Source of the DNA: Phoronis australis | Lineage: Eukaryota; Animalia; Phoronida | Assembly: GCA_002633005.1 (NCBI GenBank) | Contig: NMRA01000348.1 | Location: 359,065 to 423,064 of the forward strand | Direction of reading: 5' to 3' | Length of the DNA stretch: 64,000 bases | In this document: one piece after another, positions 43,501 to 53,200 of the stretch | Position numbering within the stretch: the stretch's first letter is position 1 | How the letters are laid out: each line of letters opens with the position of its first letter | Translations under genes and position numbers: made by a program | Notes under the pieces: model-generated | What the model was told of the DNA's origin: nothing | What the model saw: only the letters and a program-made list of their open reading frames with translations | Databases searched by the model: none

Positions 43501-43661
43501 CCTTCTCCGGTAGGTGGCGGCCTGGATTCTCCTTCTAAAGGTGGTTTTGTTTGATACTCTTTCTTTGGATCTTTAACATTTGCCACAACTGCAGAAATAG
43601 CGCCAGCGAGCAGAACAAGACCTATCGCAAACGAAAGAGGGCGCTTGTGAAGCATGTCCAT
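56..43661 (-). CDS. Large multi-exon gene (~39 exons, 3' end outside window): secreted/membrane polycystin-1/REJ-like modular adhesion protein
   Basis: Hand-traced GT-AG exons with matching phases from signal-peptide exon 43122-43661 to exon 56-265; recognisable WAP, Cys repeat, IPT-like, REJ-like, GPS-like and SEA-like motifs. Confidence 0.85.
598..810 (-). CDS. Exon: SEA-like domain N-part
   Basis: VRISFSLEANYTSVVGNNKTAFVNNL...LKVKQSRISNLDIKP|gtaatt. Confidence 0.8.
1720..2270. repeat. Diverged tandem duplication (~270-bp unit, 2 copies) in intron
   Basis: aaatctaa..gttctcgttt..cagtgtcacattcgagg, ttggtgtgaca, ttagaact, gaagaatttctcgtgg and cataacgc all occur twice in the same order. Confidence 0.7.
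2629..2714 (-). CDS. Exon: Thr/Pro-rich stalk
   Basis: VYEGPPVVTEVTTTSSAVPTTTTEAPTT|gtaag, phase 2 to 1. Confidence 0.8.
3850..3968 (-). CDS. Exon: GPS-like motif
   Basis: tag|CHMWDYVTDWTTTACTTSDPVEESGTHHVTCSCSGLGYVA|gtaag (C-x2-W...W-x4-C...C-x-C); this frame is absent from the ORF track. Confidence 0.85.
4319..4627 (-). CDS. Exon: GAIN B-like
   Basis: VNLGNEMQSMFSSWNC...SDVIGVHFINP...NLTEPVNYKVPI...YSLQ. Confidence 0.85.
5313..5567 (-). CDS. Exon: GAIN-like
   Basis: VETLLVGYS...VKGICRGMTTG...QQAGQ|gtaagt. Confidence 0.8.
7010..7214 (-). CDS. Exon: helical region with KRRKR site
   Basis: DPITGLNTLKSTEA...LALESLTKLL...SKRRKRAAGS...KVDD|gtaagt. Confidence 0.8.
7540..7672 (-). CDS. Exon: helical region (GAIN A-like)
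   Basis: VDVTALVTSAVEHANSMNDTAAKDAVIEKANTVIASGLTEIIDN|gtgagt. Confidence 0.8.
9074..9220 (-). CDS. Exon: end of REJ-like module
   Basis: GEHNIRMASCNSEDICTESESFNVTIFEP...NEQG. Confidence 0.8.
9445..9625 (-). CDS. Exon: REJ-like
   Basis: MSSLNATLFKDAITASSKNWDS...ELSLPQ|gtaaat. Confidence 0.8.
10403..10659 (-). CDS. Exon: REJ-like
   Basis: YATLDFDNCLSG...YKIGL...MYSAPTGGVFE|gtacg. Confidence 0.8.
11175..11401 (-). CDS. Exon: REJ-like
   Basis: YMFEVLMRNGAKESSA...NPNEMLVVTATV...TLTWLSVDQN. Confidence 0.8.
12149..12282 (-). CDS. Exon: REJ-like
   Basis: VIDEDTGSEVDDCYVPSNG...VTIQANSMDPG; alternative in-frame acceptor at 12303. Confidence 0.75.
12564..12772 (-). CDS. Exon: REJ-like
   Basis: LELDARIAG...LVLDATKSRDPNNP...FNWGCK, the typical REJ/PKD LDAS-S-DP and W-C motifs. 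Confidence 0.85.
13543..13666 (-). CDS. Exon: REJ-like
   Basis: VIWEGTSESGQ...AVIQRNTLFGGTKYFFSVK|gtgag. Confidence 0.8.
13788..14012 (-). CDS. Exon: REJ-like
   Basis: LTPGYNYDIGLSVTNRHGVKS...VNPTRRLKLRAKIELSKC. Confidence 0.85.
14892..14983 (-). CDS. Exon: REJ-like
   Basis: SGSVANSVADLQTRLDSLTDKSNLLVAGNE|gtgagt. Confidence 0.75.
15855..15990 (-). CDS. Exon: start of PKD/REJ-like module
   Basis: VKIRKLTAPGEVGSCDAFKVSG...VVYKWRVNV. Confidence 0.8.
16846..17021 (-). CDS. Exon
   Basis: ERKACLIRGNMILIRLGSGATVVVGDKLNL...GASKME|gtaag. Confidence 0.8.
17475..17680 (-). CDS. Exon
   Basis: LNTVTFTIDAPKPALKSARFLDN...FDCSAIFDAATHNKLGT. Confidence 0.8.
18602..18843 (-). CDS. Exon: IPT/TIG-like
   Basis: VNISGKGFVDTGFIKCF...SAKLVDSKRIVCDL; follows the VSP motif in the preceding exon. 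Confidence 0.8.
19097..19324 (-). CDS. Exon: IPT/TIG-like
   Basis: IVLRKP...AKLPQNITGGVYGVKCSF...VLNTVSPSKMTLKETNVK. Confidence 0.8.
20360..20496 (-). CDS. Exon
   Basis: GCAALGDVWPKTYHLL...INSCEFDGTK|gtaag. Confidence 0.8.
21221..21381 (-). CDS. Exon: Cys-rich repeat
   Basis: CGICSTNPDEGKDKCGVCFGSNKCVDCAGVAKGKSRIDACGACLPKDDPNFDA. Confidence 0.85.
22559..22812. mobile_element. MITE-like inverted-repeat element
   Basis: Left end ttagatgtaggatt...aagg...cagacgg..cagaa pairs imperfectly with right end tttctga...gtctg..ccttctaatccaacagcatttcaa. Confidence 0.4.
23193..23394 (-). CDS. Exon: Cys-rich repeat
   Basis: GAKKDRCGDCAGGETGK...DCGGKCNG...FCDGVWNSKARKNR. Confidence 0.85.
24664..24823 (-). 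CDS. Exon: Cys-rich repeat
   Basis: ACGGSSAYAIG...GCDGKIGSRAKNDKCGVCGGRNKCVDCSGVVNG. Confidence 0.85.
25861..25984 (-). CDS. Exon
   Basis: KVWPRDESMGFTNIYFTAWDESDNATGGQTSSIPFPLCMPP|gtaagt, phase 2 to 0. Confidence 0.8.
26299..26515 (-). CDS. Exon
   Basis: GSYQFQAPGGQWTTLDNPYSW...NATLLPENYKIRFNAT|gtgagt; not in ORF track. Confidence 0.8.
27300..27516 (-). CDS. Exon: cadherin-like repeat (IVDTNDAP ... GLGMAV)
   Basis: IVDTNDAPAL...FEDSDGPKKGLGMAVLMAQSNER, phase 0 to 1. Confidence 0.85.
28068..28285 (-). CDS. Exon: cadherin-like repeat
   Basis: KNRQYKPISAAG...VKLQPSEDFTGVIRLTLQPY...TILEFK|gtaaac. Confidence 0.8.
28791..30565 (+). mobile_element. Non-autonomous Helentron/HINE (DINE-1/pearl-like) element with internal tandem repeats
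   Basis: 5' palindrome caacgc-gga-gcgttg, subterminal IR tgcgccca (28818) / tgggcgca (30553), about 3 copies of a ~450-bp unit, GGAC-type microsatellite near 30470-30520, 3' hairpin. Confidence 0.7.
30800..31006 (-). CDS. Exon
   Basis: CVLRPLSGYD...RPGFILQQTDKPRTRKDIKGTFFYLDGN|gtgagt, phase 1 to 1. Confidence 0.8.
31357..31602. repeat. Compound (CA)n microsatellite
   Basis: Long imperfect CA/CG/CAGA run in the intron just downstream of the donor at 31614. Confidence 0.95.
31615..31782 (-). CDS. Exon: cadherin-like repeat start
   Basis: ITLNHTVALLLPPQDNHPIITLKNTGPFSLPEDGEIVVNLTTIASVVDPDL. Confidence 0.8.
32471..33094 (-). CDS. Exon: Gly/Gln/Lys 15-aa repeats + RRKR furin-type site
   Basis: 197-aa ORF with GAQKP repeats and TRRKREA; donor gtaagt, phase 1. 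Confidence 0.85.
33469..33688 (-). CDS. Exon (5' boundary uncertain)
   Basis: AKEVSFYFKVLRKPSDERLFKF...VQIVLYK|gtatc, phase-1 end. Confidence 0.7.
34165..34365 (-). CDS. Exon: WAP (four-disulfide core) domain
   Basis: KEGTCNAPP...C...CSKDSDCFEEKRCCDSGCGFSTC matches the 8-Cys WAP pattern. Confidence 0.85.
35050..35232. mobile_element. Short MITE-like repeat, copy 1
   Basis: cacgtaat..cttgctttttag..ggccct..cgttactgaac.ggaggct shared with 40265-40425. Confidence 0.5.
35352..35403 (-). CDS. Exon: 4-Cys module 2, second half
   Basis: cag|VFCFMRGSCVDIDCGTY|gttag; paralogous to 38962-39019. Confidence 0.75.
36024..36100 (-). CDS. Exon: linker + start of 4-Cys module 2
   Basis: cag|ESRKVDQAWSSKDEEFDRGISCGPRQ|gtaagc, phase 1 to 0. 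Confidence 0.75.
38962..39019 (-). CDS. Exon: 4-Cys module 1, second half
   Basis: tag|VYCFMLQRCVDVECVTNTE|gtaag, phase 0 to 1. Confidence 0.75.
40265..40425. mobile_element. Short MITE-like repeat, copy 2
   Basis: Terminal IR gttcagtaac...gttactgaac and gctagggcc/ggccctagc; same family as 35050-35232. Confidence 0.55.
42856..42884. repeat. (CA)n microsatellite
   Basis: Direct reading. Confidence 0.9.
43122..43661 (-). CDS. Exon 1: signal peptide + Pro/Gly/Glu-rich repeats
   Basis: MDMLHKRPLSFAIGLVLLAGAISAVVA hydrophobic leader; PPPTREGGTH-type repeats; ends CGPNQ|gtgagt, phase 0. Confidence 0.85.
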
Positions 43662-46600
43662 GTATATTTGCACAATCAAAAATTCAGGTGTTTAATTCAT
43701 ACATGTAGACAGGCCTGCATTTTGCTGCCAAGTGGCAACAGTTCATTACGTAGTCGTTGTCCTGCAGTGGGGACAGTGACTTGTCTTTAAGTGTGACAGT
43801 GCGACCATTCACGCTATGATTTTATTTGAAAACCGCTTAGTGTACAATTAGCATATGCAAGTGCTTCGCCTTTTTTAGTTATATCTTGTGCACTTTTCAA
43901 ATTTAATAGTGTTTATACATTGCAGACTCATCTTTTATCGTATAAGCGCTTCATAAAGTAGGAACAAATATCAAACATAATATCGTTGATGACACCGATA
44001 AAGCAACTGATGAAGATGAAAATAATGATAAAATTAATAGCAATGTCGCCGAGTCTCAATGTCATACCATGCTTGCAGAGTTTTGGTCTTAATAAGGTGT
44101 ACTGGTGCCCGGATGCTCTTTTTTGAACACAACCAGACCAAACGCCGATACGTTTTCAACAAGCAAGGGAATTATAAGAGGGTAATTATAAAGGGGTAGC
44201 AATAAAAAGACCTTCGAAATCTTTCGAGGCGTGACACTGGCGATCTAGAAAACCACAATTTTTGAGGGAAAGTGTCCGTATGACCATGCTTACAACGCCT
44301 GTCACTTGGCCGTGTCCGTACAAGGGGGGCGGGGGGGGGGGTGCAATATGAGACACCAATCAAGCGTCAGAAGCGTTATTTTTGACAGTTGTTGAAAATA
44401 CGTGTTCACTAAACTTCAATCCGAGTGTTTCAGTCTTGGAATGGAAATAATTTTGTTCACTCCAATTGATTCAATGTCCTGCTGGTAAAGCATCGACATA
44501 TTATTCAGATCGAATGCGTTCTGCCGTTGTGAAACTGCAAGTCAACACTGATAATTGTATAAAACAGCTTTTGGTCTTATGGCAAAATATTGATCGGCGC
44601 TTGCGCTCATGAGTAATTTAATATTCCGAATATAATGATAAAAAATCCAGTAGGCGACATAAAAAGATGCATGAAAGTAAAATTAAATTGATTCCATGAC
44701 TTATGCAAACAGGTATTAACTTAAATCGTAGGTAATCGTACGCGCTTTGCAATGTCCTGCTCATGGGGCAGATTTCTGTTCGGGAATCACTGATCTGTAT
44801 TTTTTACTAGTTGATAACTGCTAATAGGGAAATGGCGTACAGTAAACGGAATGTACTTGTTAAAATGGCGCCAGATTGAATGTCGCCTAAGTAAATAATG
44901 CGCCTTTTACGCGCTAGTACTTGAAGAAAAATGCAAGCCACGGGTACTACATACCAACAAGTGTTCTCATCTTGGAGCTCTGTGAATATTCGAGCAAGAG
45001 CAAATTCTTCAAATTCGATGGTCCAATTACCGACACGTTCAGAGACACATCGTTCCTCAGATCACGTCGGTCTACCTATCAGTGTGCTATCAATTCATTA
45101 TTGATGCCCTGTATGGTAGAGCGCGTTACGATCGATCGTTGCTAGATGACAAATTAACGTGTGATTGTCTTGCTTATATTTACACGGTGCTGCAGACAGG
45201 TCATTGTATTTGTATTCAAAATCGATAGATAGATTTTACATGTACCTGTAGAGAAATACTTGTCGGTAATAAATTTAGGCAGGGCTCACCGTATAAGTAT
45301 AGTTGCAATGATTTTAAAGCTCAGGCAATCTATGTCTTTGTAGACCGACTAAGGACAAAGTGGAACAAAGTGGGTACTCACTTATCTCCAAGAAAAAGTA
45401 CATTGTAGGTTACATAGTGTCGTAAAACTTAATGTCGCATTTCGTTGTGCGTAAGATGTTTCACCAAATACTTTCGTTTTGGGTGAATAGCGCGTTGATA
45501 TTTTGATGATAGAATTGCAGTTTTGTCAACCAAAACCACTTGTACTGCAAGCGAGCTGTTATAAATTCCTTCATGTATACTGAATTTTTGTCGAATAACT
45601 CTGTGTTATGATTGGATGTAAAATTTTCAAATAATTGGATAGTTCGTGTAGTTTTTTTTAAAATAAAACAACGTGAGTTGAGCAAATATAATGCGTCGTA
45701 AAGGGAGCTGGTGTTTTGAAAAGTTTAGTAAGGAAACTTAGTTTTGATTGATGGTTCAGTTCGTAGCTTTACGTCATATGATGTATTTTTCTTCCCCAAA
45801 CCTTGGGGTGACATTAATGAAATTTCATATTATCAATTATGTAATGTAAGTTTAACGATATCGACTCATCGAGATTCGCAATTTTATTGTGTAAAGAGAA
45901 CATAAGGTGAATTTTCGTGTCAGGCGGAGTGATTCGTGCTCGCATCGAAAGCGTACACCTGAAAACACAATGAATTATGCATTTGTATTGCTGCGGACAC
46001 CGTGGTAAAATAACAAGACTTTAAGATGTAAAGATGAGGATTTCCGTCTTTAACATAAAAAGTGCTTTCAAGGTAGTCACGTGCAAAGTACTTTGAAGTG
46101 TCAATAAATGCCGACAATCTGCAAAATCAGTACACGTATCTGTGAAATAAAGGGATACCAAACCGGCTTTGACATAGAACAGTATATTAAACGACATCTA
46201 TGAAACACAACGTTGCTCTGTAATGCTTGACTAGTGTCAAATCTTTCGAGAAAAATTTGAAAATCCCGTACGAAGTCTACTAAAATCGACAAGCGTGACC
46301 AAAACTTTAGGCGAGCCACACGACTACCGTAGGGAAGTTATTCCTATCAGGAATCACAATATCCTAACTGTGACAAAGAGATTGTGAATTTCTTTGTTGA
46401 ATCCTGAATTATCATTCAAGTGAACGCCACTGGTGCATTTGTTAGTGGCAGAAAGAGGACTGGTTGAATTCACCAGAGCAGGATTAGTTAGAAATAGGTG
46501 TCCCTAGGAACAGAAAAAAGCTGTATAGTATCCCTTGAGGTGCTTGCGTGAGATATGTTTTATTCATGTTATTGTTGTTTCATTCACTGTCAGGCTGAGT

Positions 46601-46699
46601 TTACAGCTAAAATCTTAACTCTAATAACATTTACTAAGCTAATCCATACGACTAAATTCATGGGTTCGTGTCATGGTCCAAAAAAATAAGGATCAACGG

Positions 46700-46760
46700 C
46701 TTAACTTCAAAAGAAACGGCAGACTTGATCCCGGGAATTATCGACCAATCTGTCTTCACG
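46700..46760 (+). mobile_element. Possible degraded non-LTR (CR1/L2-type) retrotransposon fragment
   Basis: FKRNGRLDPGNYRPICL resembles the K-G-x-DP-NYRPISL motif that precedes LINE RT domains; no further RT motifs seen. Confidence 0.4.
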
Positions 46761-47551
46761 CGCGTTTTAAACATTATTGTACCGAACACCGTTGTCCTGA
46801 CCCATCACTTGAGAATGTGACTTCATCATTGGTAATGAGCCCTACCACAACTTACTCCATGCGAAGTTAGTCTAACAACGCTACGAAGGCACATTTGACT
46901 TCTGATTTGGTAACTGACTAAAAGGTTGCTTATTAATATCTTCATGCCACTACAGTTTTTCATCTTTATTGTTACATTAATATCACTATTGTTATTACCA
47001 ATTATCTATGCTGTTACTTTTAGTTTATTTGTTTATTATATTTGTTTCCTTATTTCATACAACCTAATCTTGTCATACACGTATGTGTAAGCTTGTTCTT
47101 ATTTTCCTTTTGTAACCATTGCATGTTGGACAATTGCATAAATTGTTTGTTTTAAACTTGCCTAATGTTATTATCGTTGGCCCAATATATATTCACTCTC
47201 TGTTTTCTTTCATTATTTGTGCTCGTTCCTCTCACTGCATGTTATTATTTCATAGTCCATCGAGTGCTAATGCTACCAAACTAAGTACACTCAACCAGGC
47301 AACCAATCAATTATAAGCAATTCACTGAATTCCTGATTTGTTACAATCAATAAGAGGAAGTGTTGTGTTTGCATACTAATTAGTTTTGGCTGTCCGAACT
47401 CACACTGTGCAGTAGATTCTGTTAAGGACCGAAGTCCTTCACGAAATGCAAACTTTGAGACCTGTTGCTTTTGCCTTGTTGGCCACTTTGAAGTGCATTG
47501 AAGGATATTTAAAAAAGGGGAACGCTCAACATTTTATCATCACGATTTTAA

Positions 47552-47956
47552 ACGTACTGGGAATTTTCGTAGGTAAGCCCAAGGGCGTGTATTCGGAAAA
47601 TGAAAAAAAAAACATCCGTTTTAGTAACACCAAACAAACGCCCGGGCGCTTATGCAGAAAGGGGGTCTGTAAACGGAAAGTCATAGGTTTCCTGCTTTTG
47701 ACATTTTTAGAAAAAAACGTGTCTTTAAATTTTATGTTAATAAATGCATATTTCACTTGCATTTTTTTCGCTTTTATACATGATAAATGCTCCACAAAAC
47801 TGACTAAACGCTTAGTGGGCTTTTAATAAACGCCTCACTTTCGGGACACTTAAAACCACAAGTTGCAACGCTAAGTAAACACCCACGGGTGTTAAATCTG
47901 AATGATTTTCCAAATAAACGCCCATGGGCATTTCATCGGGCATTTTTATTTACGGT
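47552..47956. mobile_element. MITE-like element (possibly Tc1/mariner-derived)
   Basis: gcccaagggcgtgtattcggaaaat near left end vs attttccaaataaacgcccatgggc near right end; internal aaacgccc repeats. Confidence 0.55.
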
Positions 47957-48359
47957 CACCCCCGGTATTACACAATATACTATTGCCCATGGAAATGCAA
48001 AGCGAGACCTGATTATCAAATAGATGTGACATTGCTGAATAAACAACATGAACTCTAGAAACTGAGGTTGACATGCTGATCGAAGATGATAAAATTTTAA
48101 TTTGCGCCGTTACTTGGCAAGACACTTTCTTCGTTGCGCTAATGGTTTGCATATCGTTTTAAAAAGTCGCCACTCATGTGTATTCAAGCAGAGTAAGACA
48201 AATGCGATAATCAGTGGTTTTATGGAAACACAAAACGCCAAAGTAATTTGCTTTACATGTGGCACTTCACAGCGACCAAATAACTGTGCTTGCCGGAGTT
48301 ACTCCTTTGCTCACAGTTGCTCATAGCTACTCATAGTTTAAATTAATACCCTTGCAATT

Positions 48360-48511
48360 CAGGGGCGGATCCGGGATTTTTGAAGGAAGGGCGTGGATCA
48401 AGCATTTTTAAAAAGGGTGTTCAAGTAGACAATTCGAAAAGTTTGGATTTGATATAACAAAAATCAAGAAACAGGGCTCAGACTCCATTGACCACCCTGG
48501 ATCCGCCTGTG
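48360..48511. mobile_element. Small MITE with GGCGGATCC terminal inverted repeats
   Basis: caggggcggatccggga ... ccctggatccgcctgtg. Confidence 0.6.
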
Positions 48512-49989
48512 CAGTTCGCGTTAGCCTACAGTGCATCAAACGTAAAATTATCGAATATAGGCGTACTGTTTATTGAATTTGATCAATCAGCACTAAAGTG
48601 TCCATTACAAAAAAACGGTGTCACGGGTCGAACAAATATTTAAATTGTCCAAAACCACCCCCGTTTTTAGTCAAACTGAAATATACTATGGGTGGACCCA
48701 TAGAAAATACATTTTTTTGTTCTAAGTTGGACAGTTTTTGCACTTTCTGAGGCTTGAAGTCCAATTTTCGGCATATTTTTGCTGTTCCAGGCCCTAGTGG
48801 GTTGTGTTCGTTTTGCATTTTGTTGTTTTACCGTGTGGTGCTAGATTAATAAGGTTAAAAATTTTAGTTACAGATATTAATCGAAGAAAAAATTATGGTT
48901 TGGAGGCAGACCAAATTCTTTTTTAAATTCTGGAGAAGAAAATATAGTTGTCACAAAAATCAGTCATAGATACGTTGACTGCACATGACTCATTCCAGGA
49001 CGTATATTGACACTTTCAAATAATATTCTCACGTTTTTTATTGTCAAAACAGTACGTGTTCAGGAAACAAAATCATTAATTTCATAGATACTAACAGAAA
49101 GAGCTGCATTGTCTATTAAGTACGAAATTCAAACTGTTGCTCAATCGTTTTCATAGATACATTGTAGGTTATTACGTTCAGTGAAATTGGACGACAGCCT
49201 GGGAAAGTAAGTGCTTTTAATGCTGTTGGGTTTAATGTAAGAGTGTATTGAAATGGTCATTTCATTCCTTTCATCAGAATTGTGTCGTGCGTCGTCAGTT
49301 TTGTTTTTGGTGTCAGTGATACGTTATGTTATAGATACGTTATTGTTTAGCTTATGCGATGTACAGCAAGAGTTTCATCACCTTTCCATGCTGCCCTGTT
49401 CCATTTTGGACGAACAGACATATATTGCCTGATTGCACTAAAATCGACAGCCTGAACACAAAGTCGAGTGATTCAAAGCGTGATCAGTACCATCTTCGAC
49501 GAGGTACAGTAAGTAAAGTTGTTGTCAGATTTAAAAAAGACAGTGTTTTCCGAAGCAATAGGCTTTCATAGCGTTAAGAAACAGTCCCATATTTAACAAA
49601 AATAAACAAAATTGTACAGGTCCAACCGAAATAGGTTTTCTGTAATAACGTTTCTATGTCACACCATATAAAGTAAATATGAATACTTTCAAACTGGGTA
49701 GTGAAGATTCAAATCAAGCATACTTAAACGAAATGTACAGTATATTAACACGCGAAATAGCTTTAATAAATTGCGAAACGGTTCAACATATAAGAAAAAA
49801 AACACTTGAAGTATTTTCTGTGATTCACAATAACGTATCTACGAAAAATCTGATGACTGAGTTTTTTCCCAGGCAAGGACGATTCAAATCGAGTTTAAAG
49901 CTTACCTATTTGATGGTGACGATATTTTACAGTTTTGACGAGAATGCAGTTTTTTTTTCATTCAAAACTGAAATCCAATGTTATAATAA

Positions 49990-50260
49990 AGGTGGTGGGG
50001 ACGTGCCGCCCAAATGGGTCTCATTTTTCATTTTTGGTAAAATTTGGTCGCTTTTTTCACCATTCTCAGTGTAAAATTTTTGCAGATGAGGTCAAAATGT
50101 GGGTCTCAATTTTTGCTGTTGGCATAAAAATGGGTCACATTTCTTGCTCTTGGTATGAATGTGGGTCGCATTCTCCGTTTTTTCCAGGTATAAATTTCTC
50201 CCTTTGTTTGGAGCCCGGCCACACACCCCTGCCTCAAAAAGGTGACTGCCTCCGGACTGA
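49990..50260 (+). repeat. Interspersed repeat with internal tgggtc/poly-T subrepeats
   Basis: Four tgggtc..atttt-like units between G-rich and C-rich ends. Confidence 0.45.
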
Positions 50261-52489
50261 AAGCGAACACCTGCATTTTAGAGACCCAACCTCGGTCTGT
50301 CTAGCAGCGCTGCGCATAGGCAATTGTCACTCATGCAGGCGTGATATTTTATTCGGACTAATCTCTTTAAGACGTTAAAGGTAAAACGCAAGCAGAGGTT
50401 CAAAAAACATATCGAAACAAAACGCAACGATCCTGATTTCTTGAGAAAAGAAAGAGAAAAACAAAACAGATACAGGGTTGCCGCTTCTGATCATTCCGAA
50501 ACTAGAAGTTACAACAGGAGATAGTTCAAAAAGAGGAAGCAAGTACCTGCCACAGGCGACGTTGTTTCAAGTCCTAGATCTGAAAACATTGTCGACAATG
50601 GCACACACAGCAACCAGGTGTCCAGTTCAACAGAAAAGGAAGGCCTTGGCACATCAACGAGATCAAATGAAAAGCTTTGCATGAAGCTGATCTTTCCAGA
50701 TAAAAAAGAGGAACATCTCGCAGGTCAAAAGCTCTCAGACATGCGAGATACAGAACACAGGAAATGGAACATGAAGTAGATGAGTCAAAAATCAACGTAG
50801 CAAAGTGTAGACAACGGACCAATAATTTATTATTTAATAACCTTCTGGTCAAACGCTGCAAGTTGGTTAATTAGTGATGCTTGTAGCATACATGTACGTT
50901 TGAGCAAAATAATAAACTTTAGGCTAGCTTGGAAAAGTTCTCGGGTGGGAATATTAGAAGTATATACATGTACCAATGTACAAAATATGTGCACAGAAGA
51001 TGCATATTATCGAAAATATCTTTAAATAACACAATTATTTTCAAGTAAGCCTTCCCACACCGTCGTTCGATAAAAAGCCTATGAAACCTTTTCAGGTTTT
51101 TTTTTAATGTGACCGTAAATTCTTTATAGTTACATGTACTTTATGTTCAAGTCATGCCACTGAACATTTTCTCTTGTTTACTGCGACCTTTATTATTTTG
51201 GCTCACTTATAATACACGTGGCCTCACTTTAAAGTAGCATCTATTGCCATGCATATGATTTTGTTTTTTTTTTTGTAGTCTTGACATTAAAATTCAAATC
51301 AAAAGTACAACGATAAAATTGAAGGTTTTTTGTTGGTAAACAAGCACAGCGACCTGCATCACAAACAATGGCGCCTCATGAGACACGTGGCTTCAGGTCC
51401 ATTAATACTAGAATGTCCAATCTCTGTCTTTTTATATATGCTTAGGACTAACGAACAATAACCAATTGGCAATTTTATTTTAAACATATATATATTTATA
51501 TATATCTTGAAATATAACAGAAGGAGAAAGTGCATGTTTTGGCCTAGAGTCCGCTTTTTCGGATTATTACCCCTTTAAACTATCAACTTAGTACTGAGTG
51601 GAAAAATATTTTCTATTTTCCCGTGTAGGCCTCCATTTTTACGTACACACGTCAAGGTTTGAGCTGTTTTGCCACCACTATTTCAGACAAGTTTGACATC
51701 ATAGGAACAATAATATTTCTTTCAGCTTTTAAGCTGCTCAAAACACCTTACTATGCCGCCATTTTTTCAAAATGTTGACTAGCCATTCTGGCAAAATCTG
51801 TCAACCTTTCCACAAATGAATGCATGATTTTATTTCATTCCACCGCATTGTCTTTACGCTAAGGTGGTAGAAACAACCCATCGGCATTAGAAACGGTGGT
51901 CTTGCTCCTTTTGTGTAGAACATTAGCGATGGCTCCAAGATAATATAATACTGGCTAAAATAACTATCGTGGACTAAAACCTGTGTTTTTCTATCAAATT
52001 GGCTTCCGAAATTGAATTATCCGTGAAAAAATCGTTATTGTCGTTTGTGACAGAAGAAATACGAAAAATATTATCCAAAATACAATGGCATTGTTTTTGT
52101 TGTGCTTACCAAGCGAAGCGTGTTTATTGTACTGCCGGATGCACAATTGGTTTATGACCTGTCAGGTCCAACAAAAGATTGCAAGAACGCTTAACAATAA
52201 AAACTTGTTACCTGATCCTGGAGTTGAAAATGTAAGGAGTACATTAAATCACGAAACTACCCATGTTAAAATGACAATGCAAAGCACATAGGGACACATG
52301 ACACATCTTTAAATTTAAGCAGGCACGTTTTATAGAATTCCATAAAACAATTTGAGAAAGAAAGCGTTAAGTGTGTGAATCGATTTCCTCCGTGTGACAA
52401 ATACCACGCAAACTCATGAAATATGACGTCACTTTCGTAAATTGTCACAATGGTAGATTTCTTGCATGTACACTTCTAAGTTCGACGTA

Positions 52490-52660
52490 AATATAGATTA
52501 TTACATGGCGAAGTCGTTATCCCCCGTTATCTAGAGCCCCAGTGGATTTTAGAGAATTATCGCCCGAGGTGCGTTAGGCCCGATGGTGATAGTTCTACAA
52601 AATCCACGGTTGCTCTTGATAAGGGTGATAACGACTGAGAACATGTAATTATCTATTTAT
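52490..52660. repeat. Long imperfect palindrome (~170 bp), foldback-type
   Basis: atagattattacatg..gtcgttatc..ttatctagagc..gtggatttt..agaattatc mirrored by gatagttct..aaaatccac..gctcttgataa..gataacgac..catgtaattatctat. Confidence 0.75.
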
Positions 52661-53200
52661 ACCACATACTGAACGAGAAACATTGCAATGAATCGATCTA
52701 CCTTTCTCGACTCGCCTCGGTTTGTAACTACTTTCTATGTCAGAGGCCCGGGGCCGGAGGTCGTGACCTTTTAAGAAAAGTCGAGATATTTTTGTAAAAT
52801 AATTCTTTTACTGAAAATTAATTGAAAAATAAAACAAAATAGAAATAAAATGAGTCTATAAATTAAGGTTTTGCAACTGTTATAGCTCACTACACATTTT
52901 ATCACGCTAAGCTTCGACCGGGAATATGTCGTCTGCTAAAGTAGGTTACCACTAGTAACTGACTATAATGCTCAAGTCAAAGGATCCCGACCACACGACA
53001 CCAGCATTCAAATTGGAGATCGGTGATTTACAAGTGAGAGAACACGAGAGAAAAATTTCACTGAATTAAAATATCGTTTTTATGGAAACTATGCGTCTTA
53101 TTTTCCATAGCGTATAATTGTCGGTGCAATGCCCTTTGCTGAACATGCGATTGCTACGCGTGCTCATTTAAGTATTCTATTTTCACGTTCGTTGACGTCA

